Shown here: positions 17,485 through 26,390 of the stretch, one piece after another
Position numbering within the stretch: position 1 is the stretch's first letter
How the letters are laid out: every line of letters begins with the position of its first letter
NCBI GenBank assembly: GCA_951812855.1
Contig: OX638337.1
Location: 90,001-122,000, forward strand
DNA length: 32,000 nucleotides
From: an uncultured Lentisphaeria bacterium
GTDB lineage: Bacteria > Verrucomicrobiota > Lentisphaeria > JABSQK01 > JAJFLO01
Reading direction: 5' to 3'
Position numbers and translations under genes: made by a program
Notes under the pieces: generated by a model
Database searches by the model: none
Seen by the model: the letters and a program-made list of their open reading frames with translations, nothing else
Told to the model about the DNA's origin: nothing

Positions 17485-18734
17485 CAGATCTATATATAAT
17501 CGGCTTAAATCACAAAACTGCACCTATATCTGCCAGAGAAAAATATGTTTTTGATCGAGACAAACAAATTCAGATACTCAATATGATAAAAGAATTCGTT
17601 AGTGAGGCAGTCCTGGTTTCAACCTGCAACCGTACTGAAATTATCTATACAACCCAGGACGATGATCAGCATAAAAAAATTAAAAAAAGCCTCTGTTCAC
17701 AGAGTCAACTGACGCAAAAAAAAATTGATGAGTTTTTCTACTTTCACAAGAAGCAACAGGCAATCATTCACCTGTATCGTGTTGCATCCGGTCTGGATTC
17801 ATTAGTTCTGGGAGAAACCCAGATACTGGGACAAATCAAAGACGCCTTTGCACTTTCATATAATGAAGGATTTGCAGGCGATAAACTCAACTGCATTTAT
17901 CAACAAATGCTGAATACATCAAAAAAAATCAGACATCATACTAAAATAGGAGAAGGGTCAACATCAGTTGGTTCAGTAGCAGTTCAATTAGCCTGTAATA
18001 TTTTCAGTTCACTGTCAGATAAAAATGTGACACTGGTTGGAGCCGGGAAAATTTGTGAACTTGCCGGAAATCATTTTGCTGATCAATGTACTAATAAAAT
18101 TTACGTGGTGAATCGAAGCATCGATCGTGCGAAAAAACTGGCCGCTAAATTAACGGGCGAGGCTCATTCATTGACTAATCTTGAATCTGTAATGGAAAAA
18201 TCAGATATCATTTTAACGTCGGTATCCAATCAACCCGGATTCATTACCAGGAACATGGTAAAAAACGCCATGCACGTAAGAGAAGGCAGACCGCTATTTC
18301 TGATTGATATTGCCATGCCCAGAAATATTGACAAGACGGTTAACAAAATTCAAGATGCGTATTTATACAATATTGATGATCTCAAACAGCTGTCGGATAA
18401 GAATCTGCATGAACGGGAAAAAGAAGCAGTAAAGGCTGAAAAAATCGTTCTTGAAAAAGTAAATAAAATGCAGAATAACGGAGAAATAGCGAGTCCCTTA
18501 ATTCAATCTCTACATAAACGAGTTTCACTAATAAAGGAAAATGAACTACAACGACTATACAGGAAAAATAATTCCTTATCTGACAAAGATAAAGATAATA
18601 TTGAGCAAAGTGTAAATCAGATAGTCAACAAAATTCTCCATGACCCGATAATATCATTGCGGCAGGGATTAAATGAAGATCATGAAAGCCAACACAAGCT
18701 CTTGAACTTATTTAAAAACTTTTTTAATCTTTAG
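17481..18734 (+). CDS. hemA: Glutamyl-tRNA reductase
   Basis: 417 aa. GLNHKTAPI, VSTCNRTEIIY (catalytic Cys), GLDSLVLGETQILGQIK, and the NAD(P)-binding LVGAGKICELAG. Confidence 0.9.
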   Translation: MTDLYIIGLNHKTAPISAREKYVFDRDKQIQILNMIKEFVSEAVLVSTCNRTEIIYTTQDDDQHKKIKKSLCSQSQLTQKKIDEFFYFHKKQQAIIHLYRVASGLDSLVLGETQILGQIKDAFALSYNEGFAGDKLNCIYQQMLNTSKKIRHHTKIGEGSTSVGSVAVQLACNIFSSLSDKNVTLVGAGKICELAGNHFADQCTNKIYVVNRSIDRAKKLAAKLTGEAHSLTNLESVMEKSDIILTSVSNQPGFITRNMVKNAMHVREGRPLFLIDIAMPRNIDKTVNKIQDAYLYNIDDLKQLSDKNLHEREKEAVKAEKIVLEKVNKMQNNGEIASPLIQSLHKRVSLIKENELQRLYRKNNSLSDKDKDNIEQSVNQIVNKILHDPIISLRQGLNEDHESQHKLLNLFKNFFNL

Positions 18735-18772
18735 GGATTTTTTTTTTATAATTAGCAAATAAAATTGTTTTG

Positions 18773-19027
18773 CTACACAGCTTCCGCAGCAATAACACTG
18801 ACTTTCCGGTTATACTTATTGAATTCAACGATACCATCAACCCTTGCATATAACGTGAAATCAGTCCCAAGACCAACATTTTTTCCAGGATGAAATTTTG
18901 TTCCACACTGACGAACAATAATTCCACCGGCCCTGATTTTTTCGCTGCCGTAAACTTTAACACCCCGCATCTTGGGGTTGCTGTCACGCCCATTCCGGCT
19001 GGCGCCCTGTCCCTTCTTATGTGCCAT
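18773..19027 (-). CDS. rpmA: 50S ribosomal protein L27
   Basis: [19 protein letters not shown]...[11 protein letters not shown] is the canonical L27 N-terminus. The start is set at ATG 19027 (AAGGAG at 19040-19035, 7-nt spacer) rather than the listed upstream start at 19057. Confidence 0.95.
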   Translation of the reverse strand: MAHKKGQGASRNGRDSNPKMRGVKVYGSEKIRAGGIIVRQCGTKFHPGKNVGLGTDFTLYARVDGIVEFNKYNRKVSVIAAEAV

Positions 19028-19213
19028 GATACATCTCCTTAGTAATAGTAATAACAATAAGTAGATAATAATAATAATAAAATATCGGACAGACAGGTTA
19101 AATCATAATTAAAAATTATCAAGTCAAAGATACTACTACTAAAATTCAGCATCACTTCTAAAATTTTTATTAAAGGAAATTTTTATTACATTAATTAAAG
19201 GACACCCCTTGAA

Positions 19214-19241
19214 TAAAGTGCGATTTGTAAAGTGCGATTTG
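19214..19241. repeat. Perfect tandem duplication of a 14-bp unit (TAAAGTGCGATTTG x2, plus partial third copy AACGATTT)
   Basis: Units at 19214-19227 and 19228-19241 are identical. The repeat lies 37 nt upstream of the HUH transposase-like start codon. Confidence 0.8.
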
Positions 19242-19278
19242 AACGATTTTATTTATTTAAATAAAAAGAGGGGAAATT

Positions 19279-20241
19279 ATGTATCAACGAAGAATAAAAC
19301 TTAAAGCTAAACAAAAATCATTCTATTTAATTACAAATCGTATTACAGGAGGCAGTTTCATTTTCGGTGATGCTGAAAAGGAATATTTCAGAAAATTACT
19401 TTTCGATGGCCAAAAACGGTTCGCATATACTGTCTGGGATTATGTCATTATGGATAATCATTATCACGCATTAATCGAAATTCCTGAATCCTCAGAAATG
19501 AGTCGGCAAGAATTATTAGTTCGATGGCAAAAGTATTATCGATTGAAACCGTCTATTAATCAGGGTGATGATGATTTGGAGGTATTTCGAAATAAGATCC
19601 ATGACATTAGTCTTGTGGTTGGCAATTTCCAGCAACGATTTACACAATGGTTTAATAAGCGAAACAATCGCTGGGGAAAACTTTTCGGAGGTCGATTTGA
19701 CAGTGTTATCGTCGATGCAAATTGTGCAATCGCCAAGATGATGGCTTATATTACACTGAACCCAGTACGAGCAGGTATAGCGATTGAACCTGCAGGTTAT
19801 AAATGGAGCGGGTATGCTGAACGCATGGCATTGGGGAAGTTGCAAAAGAACGATCGGGAAATCGTTTCTTATTTGGTTAGGGAACTTGGGCTCCCTGAAG
19901 ATTTTCTTGTAGGAAAGGATAAGCGGGTTCTTAATCGAATTTGGGATCGTTTTAGAGATTATCTTCTAGGCCATTCTTCTAAAAACCGTGAGGCTGACAT
20001 GGCCACTATAGGCGAATTGTTAGAGCTCGCTGATATGCCATTAAAGCTCGAATGGCCCAATAGAATGATGCTCCGGGTTAGATTTGCCACCAAAGGTGTT
20101 GCAATTGGCTCTAAATCATTTGTTGCTGATGTTCTTAAAAATCAAAAGGAAATCCTGGGTTATCGGCGAGATCACCATCCAGTAAATCCTCGAGCCTGGG
20201 ATGAAATTTATTGCTTAAAAAAGCATCGAACATGGGTCTGA
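19279..20241 (+). CDS. IS200/IS605-type Y1 (HUH) transposase homologue, RAYT-like long form
   Basis: HUH motif in MDNHYHALIE. Family-typical FQQRFTQWFNKR..RWGKLFGGRFDS and the Tyr-helix segment MMAYITLNPVRAGI. GAGGGG lies upstream of the ATG. I could find no terminal hairpins or inverted repeats, and only 29 nt separate its stop from the mutL stop. Confidence 0.75.
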   Translation: MYQRRIKLKAKQKSFYLITNRITGGSFIFGDAEKEYFRKLLFDGQKRFAYTVWDYVIMDNHYHALIEIPESSEMSRQELLVRWQKYYRLKPSINQGDDDLEVFRNKIHDISLVVGNFQQRFTQWFNKRNNRWGKLFGGRFDSVIVDANCAIAKMMAYITLNPVRAGIAIEPAGYKWSGYAERMALGKLQKNDREIVSYLVRELGLPEDFLVGKDKRVLNRIWDRFRDYLLGHSSKNREADMATIGELLELADMPLKLEWPNRMMLRVRFATKGVAIGSKSFVADVLKNQKEILGYRRDHHPVNPRAWDEIYCLKKHRTWV

Positions 20242-20270
20242 TTATCAAAAAGTAATTTTCTGAATCAAAT

Positions 20271-22136
20271 TCACTGCCGTCTGCCAAATCGTTTTTCCAG
20301 TTCTTTGAAAGACAAATTAATCATAGTCGGGCGACCATGAGGACATGTAAACGGTAATTCCATTGCATTTAATTCTTTCAGCAAATTACTCATTTCTTTA
20401 TCAGTGAGATGATCATGAGCTTTTACGGCGGCTTTACAGGCTATTTTTGCTATTTTTGCTTCGTCCGGACGTTTTGGAGATGCGGGTGAATTGCGTAATT
20501 GATCAACAATATCCATTAACATTCCTGAAATATTATCCTGTGGAAAATGTGCCGGAATCGCAGAAATAATAAATGTATTATTGCCGAAGTCTTCAATTTC
20601 AAATCCTAATTTAGACAAGTGGCTTAAATTTTCCGCAATAATCTTGGTGTCCGCATTAGAAAAATCAACTGTAATGGGCATCAACAGCCCCTGTCTAATT
20701 CCGTCTTTTAATTTCATTTGTTTTAATACTTTTTCGAACATGATTCGTTCATGAGCAGCATGCTGATCAATCAATACCAATCCATGCCTGCCTTCAGCTA
20801 AAATAAATAAATTTCCGATAGCGCCCAGAATTCTCAATTCCAGTAAATTATTGTTACAGACTGCCGAAACCGATGTACCATCGTCAATCGTTGATTGATG
20901 CGTGGTCAGATCGACAGAAGAATCTGGAGGGGGGATAGGGGGTTTCGGAATGGGGTACATTCCTGAGTCTCCGGCCGTTTCCTGTCTACTGAGGTTTTCA
21001 CGTTTTTCAGATGATGCGGTGTCAACCAGGGGGGACTGAGAATTTTCAGTCGTTACGCCGTTATCAGATAATTCGGATTCTGCCTTGATTTCTGTATTGA
21101 CGTGATTTGAAGTAATTGTTGGTCCGGGTGAAGGCTTAAAACCTTCCACAATATTTTTCAGTGTCTGATCAATGCCGTTTTTTATTACACTCCCAACCGA
21201 GTGTCCGTCGCGAAATCGAATTTCCTTTTTAGCTGGATGGACGTTGACGTCAATCAGAGTCGGGTCGATTTTTACAAATAGCAAGACCGGGGGAAATCTG
21301 CCTTTCATTACCAGTGTATGATAGGCGTCTTTAATTGCATAGTAGATCGTATTTGAGTTTATTGGCCGCCCGTTGACAAAGGTACGCTGGTCTTTACGTG
21401 ATGCACGACTTAATCCCGGGCGGGCAACAAATCCACTTACATGAATATCATTCTCACTATAATTTATCGGCAGCATGGCACTAACGGTATCTTTTCCCAA
21501 CAGCATAGTTGCCCGGGTGCGAAGATTACTTTCTGCCTGCACTGATATTACGGGTCGCTTATCAAACGAAAGTTGAAATCCAACCCCTGGATTTGCCAAT
21601 GCCATAAGCAAAACGATTTCGGTAATATGAAATTCTTCGGTATTTACAGTCCGTAAAAATTTCTTCCGTGCGGGGATGTTATAAAAAATATTTTTGACTG
21701 TTATTGACGTGCCCGATGCACAACCGATTTCTGATACACTTTTGATTATCCCACCGTTAACCAGAACTTCGGTGCCAATCGTTTTGTCGGGGGTTTTTGT
21801 TCTTAGCTCAAATCGACTGACTGAGGCAATACTGGGCAACGCTTCACCTCTAAATCCAAAACTTGCAATTGACTCAACATCCTCTGCGGATTTAATTTTA
21901 CTTGTTGCATGAGCTTCAATAGACAATAACGAATCTTCAGAATCCATTCCACACCCATTGTCAATGACCTTAATCGATGACCGGCCTCCTCTTGAAACAT
22001 TGATTGTTATCTGGGTTGCACCTGCGTCTAACGAATTTTCAGCCAGCTCTTTTATGACTGAAGCGGGACGTTCAATGACTTCTCCTGCTGCAATTCTGTT
22101 GCTTACGTCTTCCGGTAAAATTCTAATCTTACTCAT
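20271..22136 (-). CDS. mutL: DNA mismatch repair protein MutL
   Basis: 621 aa. N-terminal GHKL ATPase motifs (IAAGEVIERPASVIKELAENSLDAGA, DNGCGM, GFRGEAL) and a C-terminal dimerisation/endonuclease-type region (DQHAAHERI...CPHGRP). Confidence 0.95.
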   Translation of the reverse strand: MSKIRILPEDVSNRIAAGEVIERPASVIKELAENSLDAGATQITINVSRGGRSSIKVIDNGCGMDSEDSLLSIEAHATSKIKSAEDVESIASFGFRGEALPSIASVSRFELRTKTPDKTIGTEVLVNGGIIKSVSEIGCASGTSITVKNIFYNIPARKKFLRTVNTEEFHITEIVLLMALANPGVGFQLSFDKRPVISVQAESNLRTRATMLLGKDTVSAMLPINYSENDIHVSGFVARPGLSRASRKDQRTFVNGRPINSNTIYYAIKDAYHTLVMKGRFPPVLLFVKIDPTLIDVNVHPAKKEIRFRDGHSVGSVIKNGIDQTLKNIVEGFKPSPGPTITSNHVNTEIKAESELSDNGVTTENSQSPLVDTASSEKRENLSRQETAGDSGMYPIPKPPIPPPDSSVDLTTHQSTIDDGTSVSAVCNNNLLELRILGAIGNLFILAEGRHGLVLIDQHAAHERIMFEKVLKQMKLKDGIRQGLLMPITVDFSNADTKIIAENLSHLSKLGFEIEDFGNNTFIISAIPAHFPQDNISGMLMDIVDQLRNSPASPKRPDEAKIAKIACKAAVKAHDHLTDKEMSNLLKELNAMELPFTCPHGRPTMINLSFKELEKRFGRRQ

Positions 22137-22833
22137 TCTCTTTGATCATTGATTGAATTTTTTTATACGCGGAGAGCTCTGAAATAGATTTTGACCATTT
22201 GGTATTGACTAATTGTAGAATATCATCCCCCAACATTTCATGAGCCTTAAACAAACATGATTCCGCTTCCTGCGTATTATTTTGTTTTAATTTGATACAT
22301 GCATTAATAAAATAAAATGCACCTGAACTATTTTCTCCAAGACGATTCATTCCCTTTTTAATCGTCGATTCTGCGGTATCTAAATCATCGATTGATAAAT
22401 ATGCAATAGCAAGGTTTGTGTAAGCTTCAACTGCATTGGGCCGATGATCAAGATATTGTATAAAATAGTTGCACGCTTCATTATACCGTTCGTCATGGAA
22501 AACTATTTCACCAATGGATCGCAATGTTTCTGCATTGTCTGGATTAAATAACAGTGCTGTCTTAAAAATGTCTTCAGCCTTTTTATACCGGCCCCTGCTA
22601 AGCAGTTCATGACCGCGTAGTAAAAAGTCATCAATCGTATAATCCGGGGTATTCCCGTTACTTGAAAATTGAAAATCCTGATTATAACGGTATTGCTTGA
22701 GTGACAGTTTGGATTTTGTTACTATATTTGTAATCTCTTTATTTTGTTCAGGAACCGGACGCGTGGTAATAATAGCAGTGGCAACGATAACGCTTAACAA
22801 AATAATTATAAGTACTGGAATGCTTCGATTCAT
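22129..22833 (-). CDS. Membrane-anchored TPR repeat protein
   Basis: N-terminal TM segment (IPVLIIILLSVIVATAIITT) followed by several TPR-like units (YKKAEDIFKTALLFNPDNAETL..., EACNYFIQYLDHRPNAVEAYTNLAIAYL...). Its stop overlaps the mutL start by 8 nt. Confidence 0.7.
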   Translation of the reverse strand: MNRSIPVLIIILLSVIVATAIITTRPVPEQNKEITNIVTKSKLSLKQYRYNQDFQFSSNGNTPDYTIDDFLLRGHELLSRGRYKKAEDIFKTALLFNPDNAETLRSIGEIVFHDERYNEACNYFIQYLDHRPNAVEAYTNLAIAYLSIDDLDTAESTIKKGMNRLGENSSGAFYFINACIKLKQNNTQEAESCLFKAHEMLGDDILQLVNTKWSKSISELSAYKKIQSMIKENE

Positions 22834-22921
22834 ATTGAAGATATTGATAGATTAGTTACAATTTGTATCTAATTTACTGTGTTTGCAGTGAATCTGACAG
22901 TCTAAAACGAAAGAAAATATT

Positions 22922-24487
22922 GTGGATGACCCACTAAAACCAATCATATTCAGTGAGGAAGGTTTCACACTCAACTTCTCACATTCCGGAATTACTGCCG
23001 GTGATGTGACAGCATTTACGAATAAAATTGACACCGCTCACCAAGAAATGAAAACACTGGAAAATGGTGCGATTAAAAATATCGATGAGCAGCGTAAAGT
23101 AACTCATTTTAATGATCGCATTACTTATCCAAAAAGCCGGATATATCATGATGTCAATAATTTTTTCACACAGCTTTCAGCGGGGAAAATTGTTGGTTCG
23201 ACCGGCAAAAAAATTGAGTATGTCGTATTCAACGGTATCGGCGGTTCTGCCTTGGGTCCGCAACTTGTGCAGTCAGCACTTAACGGTCCTTACTGGAATG
23301 AATTATCAGTGGAGCAAAGAAATAAATATCCCCGGATCTATTTTTTAGACAATACCGATTCTGCGGGGTTCTGTGATACCAATGCCGTCGTTGAACTTGA
23401 CCAGTCTTTAATTGTTACTATCTCTAAATCCGGTTCAACTCAGGAAACGAAAAATAACCTGTTCGCCTTTGAACAGGTATACAATGAACAAAATCTCGAA
23501 TTCAATAAACATGCTGCAGCGATAACCATGAAAGGAAGCGAACTTGATCAATATGCCAGGAATCAAGATTGGCTGACTGTTTGGCCTATGGCTGAATCAA
23601 TCGGCGGCCGCACCAGTGTAACAGCAATTGTCGGGCACGTACCGGCTGCTGCAGCCGGTATCAACTTTGCAGAACTCTTAAACGGTGCAATAATGATGGA
23701 TGAATGGACCCGAAACCCGTCGGTCTATGAAAATCCTGCCTATCTTTTGGCCTTGAACTGGTATATTCTCGGGGATGGAAAAGGTGACAAGAACATGGTC
23801 ATTCTTCCCTATTCAGACCGATTAATTCTACTTTCAAGATATCTTCAGCAGCTGGTTATGGAAAGTTTAGGAAAAGAATTGGATCGCAATGGCAATATCG
23901 TCTGCCAGGGATTGAATGTATTCGGAAATAAAGGGGGTACCGATGCCCATGCGTTTGTCCAGCAGCTGAACGATGGCAGGAATGATTTTTTTGTTACCTT
24001 CATTGAGATATTAAATGACGCAAAATCAATCGTTGTTGAAAACGATTTTACACTTGGAGATTTTCTACATAATTTTCAAGTTGGATTGACCAGTGCATTA
24101 TCACAAAACCGGAGACGTGTCATTTCAATTACATTTGAGTCATTAAATGCGAAAACACTTGGTATGCTAATTGCATTATATGAAAGAGCTGTCGCATTTT
24201 ATGCTGAATTAATCAATATCAATGCATTTCATCAACCCGGAGTGCAGGCTTATAAAAAGGCGGCAGATAAAATTAATGATCTCAATAAATTACTTCGAAA
24301 CTTTATAGAGAACAATACGGGTTTTCAGGGGACTGCCGCGGAAATCGCAGAACATATTGACTGTCCTGATCATTCTCAGGAAATCGAAGGGGTTTTATCA
24401 AAATTTGTCCTAAACAAACGGGTGTTTAATAATAACACAGTAGAGCGATCACTTATAAATAAACATTGGAGTTTCAGTATCACGTGA
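22922..24487 (+). CDS. pgi: Glucose-6-phosphate isomerase
   Basis: 521 aa. FNGIGGSALGPQ, ISKSGSTQET, ESIGGRTSV and QPGVQAYK match PGI family signatures. The start is a GTG (22922) and is uncertain. Confidence 0.9.
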   Translation: MDDPLKPIIFSEEGFTLNFSHSGITAGDVTAFTNKIDTAHQEMKTLENGAIKNIDEQRKVTHFNDRITYPKSRIYHDVNNFFTQLSAGKIVGSTGKKIEYVVFNGIGGSALGPQLVQSALNGPYWNELSVEQRNKYPRIYFLDNTDSAGFCDTNAVVELDQSLIVTISKSGSTQETKNNLFAFEQVYNEQNLEFNKHAAAITMKGSELDQYARNQDWLTVWPMAESIGGRTSVTAIVGHVPAAAAGINFAELLNGAIMMDEWTRNPSVYENPAYLLALNWYILGDGKGDKNMVILPYSDRLILLSRYLQQLVMESLGKELDRNGNIVCQGLNVFGNKGGTDAHAFVQQLNDGRNDFFVTFIEILNDAKSIVVENDFTLGDFLHNFQVGLTSALSQNRRRVISITFESLNAKTLGMLIALYERAVAFYAELININAFHQPGVQAYKKAADKINDLNKLLRNFIENNTGFQGTAAEIAEHIDCPDHSQEIEGVLSKFVLNKRVFNNNTVERSLINKHWSFSIT

Positions 24488-25446
24488 GAATTTTATCAGG
24501 AATCAAACCCACCGGTACACTGCATCTCGGGAACTATTTTGGCATGATGCGTCAATGCATTGATATGCAGAAGAAAGGTGAAACCTATCTTTTCATTGCA
24601 GACTATCATGCCCTTACCCAACCATCTGATCCGGGGGTATTAAAACAAAATGTATTTCAGGTTGCTGTTGATTTTATTGCCTGCGGTCTTGACACCGAAA
24701 AAACCGTCTTTTTCAAACAAACAGACGTTCCTGAGGTGACAGAATTAACCTGGATACTGTCATGCTTAACACCTGTTTCGTTATTAGAACGATGTCACAG
24801 TTATAAAGATAAGATTGCTAAAAATGTCACCCCGAATAATGGCTTATTTACATATCCGGTGTTGATGGCTTCTGATATACTAATCTATAAATCGAATGTC
24901 GTGCCTGTTGGCAAAGATCAGAAGCAGCATTTAGAAGTGACCAGAGATATTGCCCAGTTTTTCAATAATAAATATGGTGATTTACTGATTCTTCCCAAAG
25001 AAATGATTCAGGAAGATCTCGCTATTGTCACCGGACTCGATGGCCGGAAAATGTCGAAGAGTTATGACAATACCATTGAAATTTTCGGCGACAAAAAAAA
25101 GATCCGTAAAAAATTCATGAAAATCGTAACCGATTCGACCCCTGTGGAAGAGTCCAAAAACCCTGATACCTGTAATGTATTTGCATTGTATAAATTATTT
25201 GCCAATGACTCTGAAGTTGAAACGATGCGTGAACGTTACCGTGCCGGCGGTATGGGCTATGGTCATGCTAAACAGGAACTGTTCGAACTCTGCTGGGAGT
25301 ACTTTCGCCCGATGAGGGATAAACGTGCTGAACTTCTCAAAAACCCGGGCACAGTACATGAAATACTGAATCGCGGTGCAAGAGTTGCCCGAAACACTGC
25401 CCGTACTACAATGGACGAAGTAAAACATGCAGCAGGTCTTAGCTGA
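24484..25446 (+). CDS. trpS: Tryptophan--tRNA ligase
   Basis: ILSGIKPTGTLHLGNYFG (HIGH-type motif), GKDQKQH, and KMSKS (GRKMSKSYDN). I set the start at GTG 24484 (MRILSGIKPTG...), which forms a GTGA overlap with the pgi stop. The listed TTG at 24466 would add 6 atypical residues. Confidence 0.93.
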   Translation: MRILSGIKPTGTLHLGNYFGMMRQCIDMQKKGETYLFIADYHALTQPSDPGVLKQNVFQVAVDFIACGLDTEKTVFFKQTDVPEVTELTWILSCLTPVSLLERCHSYKDKIAKNVTPNNGLFTYPVLMASDILIYKSNVVPVGKDQKQHLEVTRDIAQFFNNKYGDLLILPKEMIQEDLAIVTGLDGRKMSKSYDNTIEIFGDKKKIRKKFMKIVTDSTPVEESKNPDTCNVFALYKLFANDSEVETMRERYRAGGMGYGHAKQELFELCWEYFRPMRDKRAELLKNPGTVHEILNRGARVARNTARTTMDEVKHAAGLS

Positions 25447-25895
25447 TTTTTATAAATTGAATTTCGAATAGCGAATAAAAAACAAAAAGTACTTTGATGT
25501 TCAATATTACGCATTCATGATTGATTACTCATTATCCGGATTATCCCAATTCCCGGCCTGTCCTGATTATTTGAGGGATTTTCTACGATATTTTGTACTC
25601 TGTTAGAATTCTTAACTCTTGATCAAACTCCAGGGTTTATGTTAACCCGCATGTTGGATTCGCAATTATAATTTAAAATTTTTGATCTCTTGTAGAATTT
25701 ATTGATGTTATTTTTCTTTTCCGGAATCAAATCACGTCTTTTGTTCATTATTTTTACACACCCCGCCTTACCCCCATCGGTATAATTGATGACCCGTGCA
25801 GCCTGTTGATTTACGGTTAACCGGTATTGAAAGCCGGATGCTGTCCAACTGTCCGGAATAATTTCTGATATGGATAATGTGATGATAAATGAAAG

Positions 25896-26189
25896 TATAG
25901 TCGCCGGATATTCCAGGTAACCACACCTCCAGTTTTTAACAGTCTTAATCGAATTGAACAGAAAATACTGGATATCACACATGCTGAAATAGGAAGTTCA
26001 ATTTGTGCGAAATGGAATTTTCCGCCATTAATTGCAAAAATGATTAAAGAACATCATTCCAGTTCACCGATAGATAATAAAAATCTGGCCATTTTAACAT
26101 TAGCAGATTTTTTGGCGACAGAGACAGGGTTGGGTAATTTTACCTGGGAAAACATTCGCCCATTTCATCACGAATTTATAAAACGTTGA
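25896..26189 (+). pseudogene. HDOD-domain signalling protein remnant (C-terminal part only; flanking pieces are in other frames)
   Basis: My own translation gives ...FNSLNRIEQKILDITHAEIGSSICAKWNFPPLIAKMIKEHHSS..., which matches the HDOD core (E..lG.dHaeiGa.l...W.lP..l...i..HH). There is no usable start codon, and stops lie just upstream (25866-25868, 25875-25877, 25890-25892). A typical C-terminal tail (PTEDIVNLIDQSADILEE*) continues in a different frame to 26252. Confidence 0.55.
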
Positions 26190-26390
26190 ATATAACCCAC
26201 CGAAGATATTGTAAATTTAATTGATCAATCAGCTGATATTCTTGAGGAATAAGGTATCTGTATTACGTGGCAGCTTATATTAATAAGCGGGTAAGGTAAT
26301 CTTGAAAACCTTATCATTTGCATTTGGCAGGTTGATTTACTGGCTTGAGAGGGAATTTGAAATCAAGTCTAAACGTATATGAATGACCAT

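Noticed and set aside
18738-18775. T10 run and a weak 7-bp inverted repeat (TAGCAAA...TTTGCTA) between the convergent hemA and rpmA genes, considered as a terminator.
   Set aside because: The stem is short and AT-rich, the loop is 8 nt, the T-run precedes rather than follows the stem on the plus strand, and the right arm overlaps the rpmA stop codon. This is too weak to call.
19041-19083. AAT/AGT/ATA trinucleotide-like run upstream of rpmA. Could it be a microsatellite or an array?
   Set aside because: It is imperfect and short, has no spacer-repeat organisation, and lies in generally AT-rich 5' UTR or promoter DNA. It is only mentioned as context in the rpmA finding.
25623-25982. 119-aa minus-strand ORF between trpS and fumC.
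   Set aside because: It has no recognisable family, and it lies opposite the HDOD remnant, whose plus-strand frame shows real domain motifs. It is most likely an antisense shadow ORF in decayed DNA.
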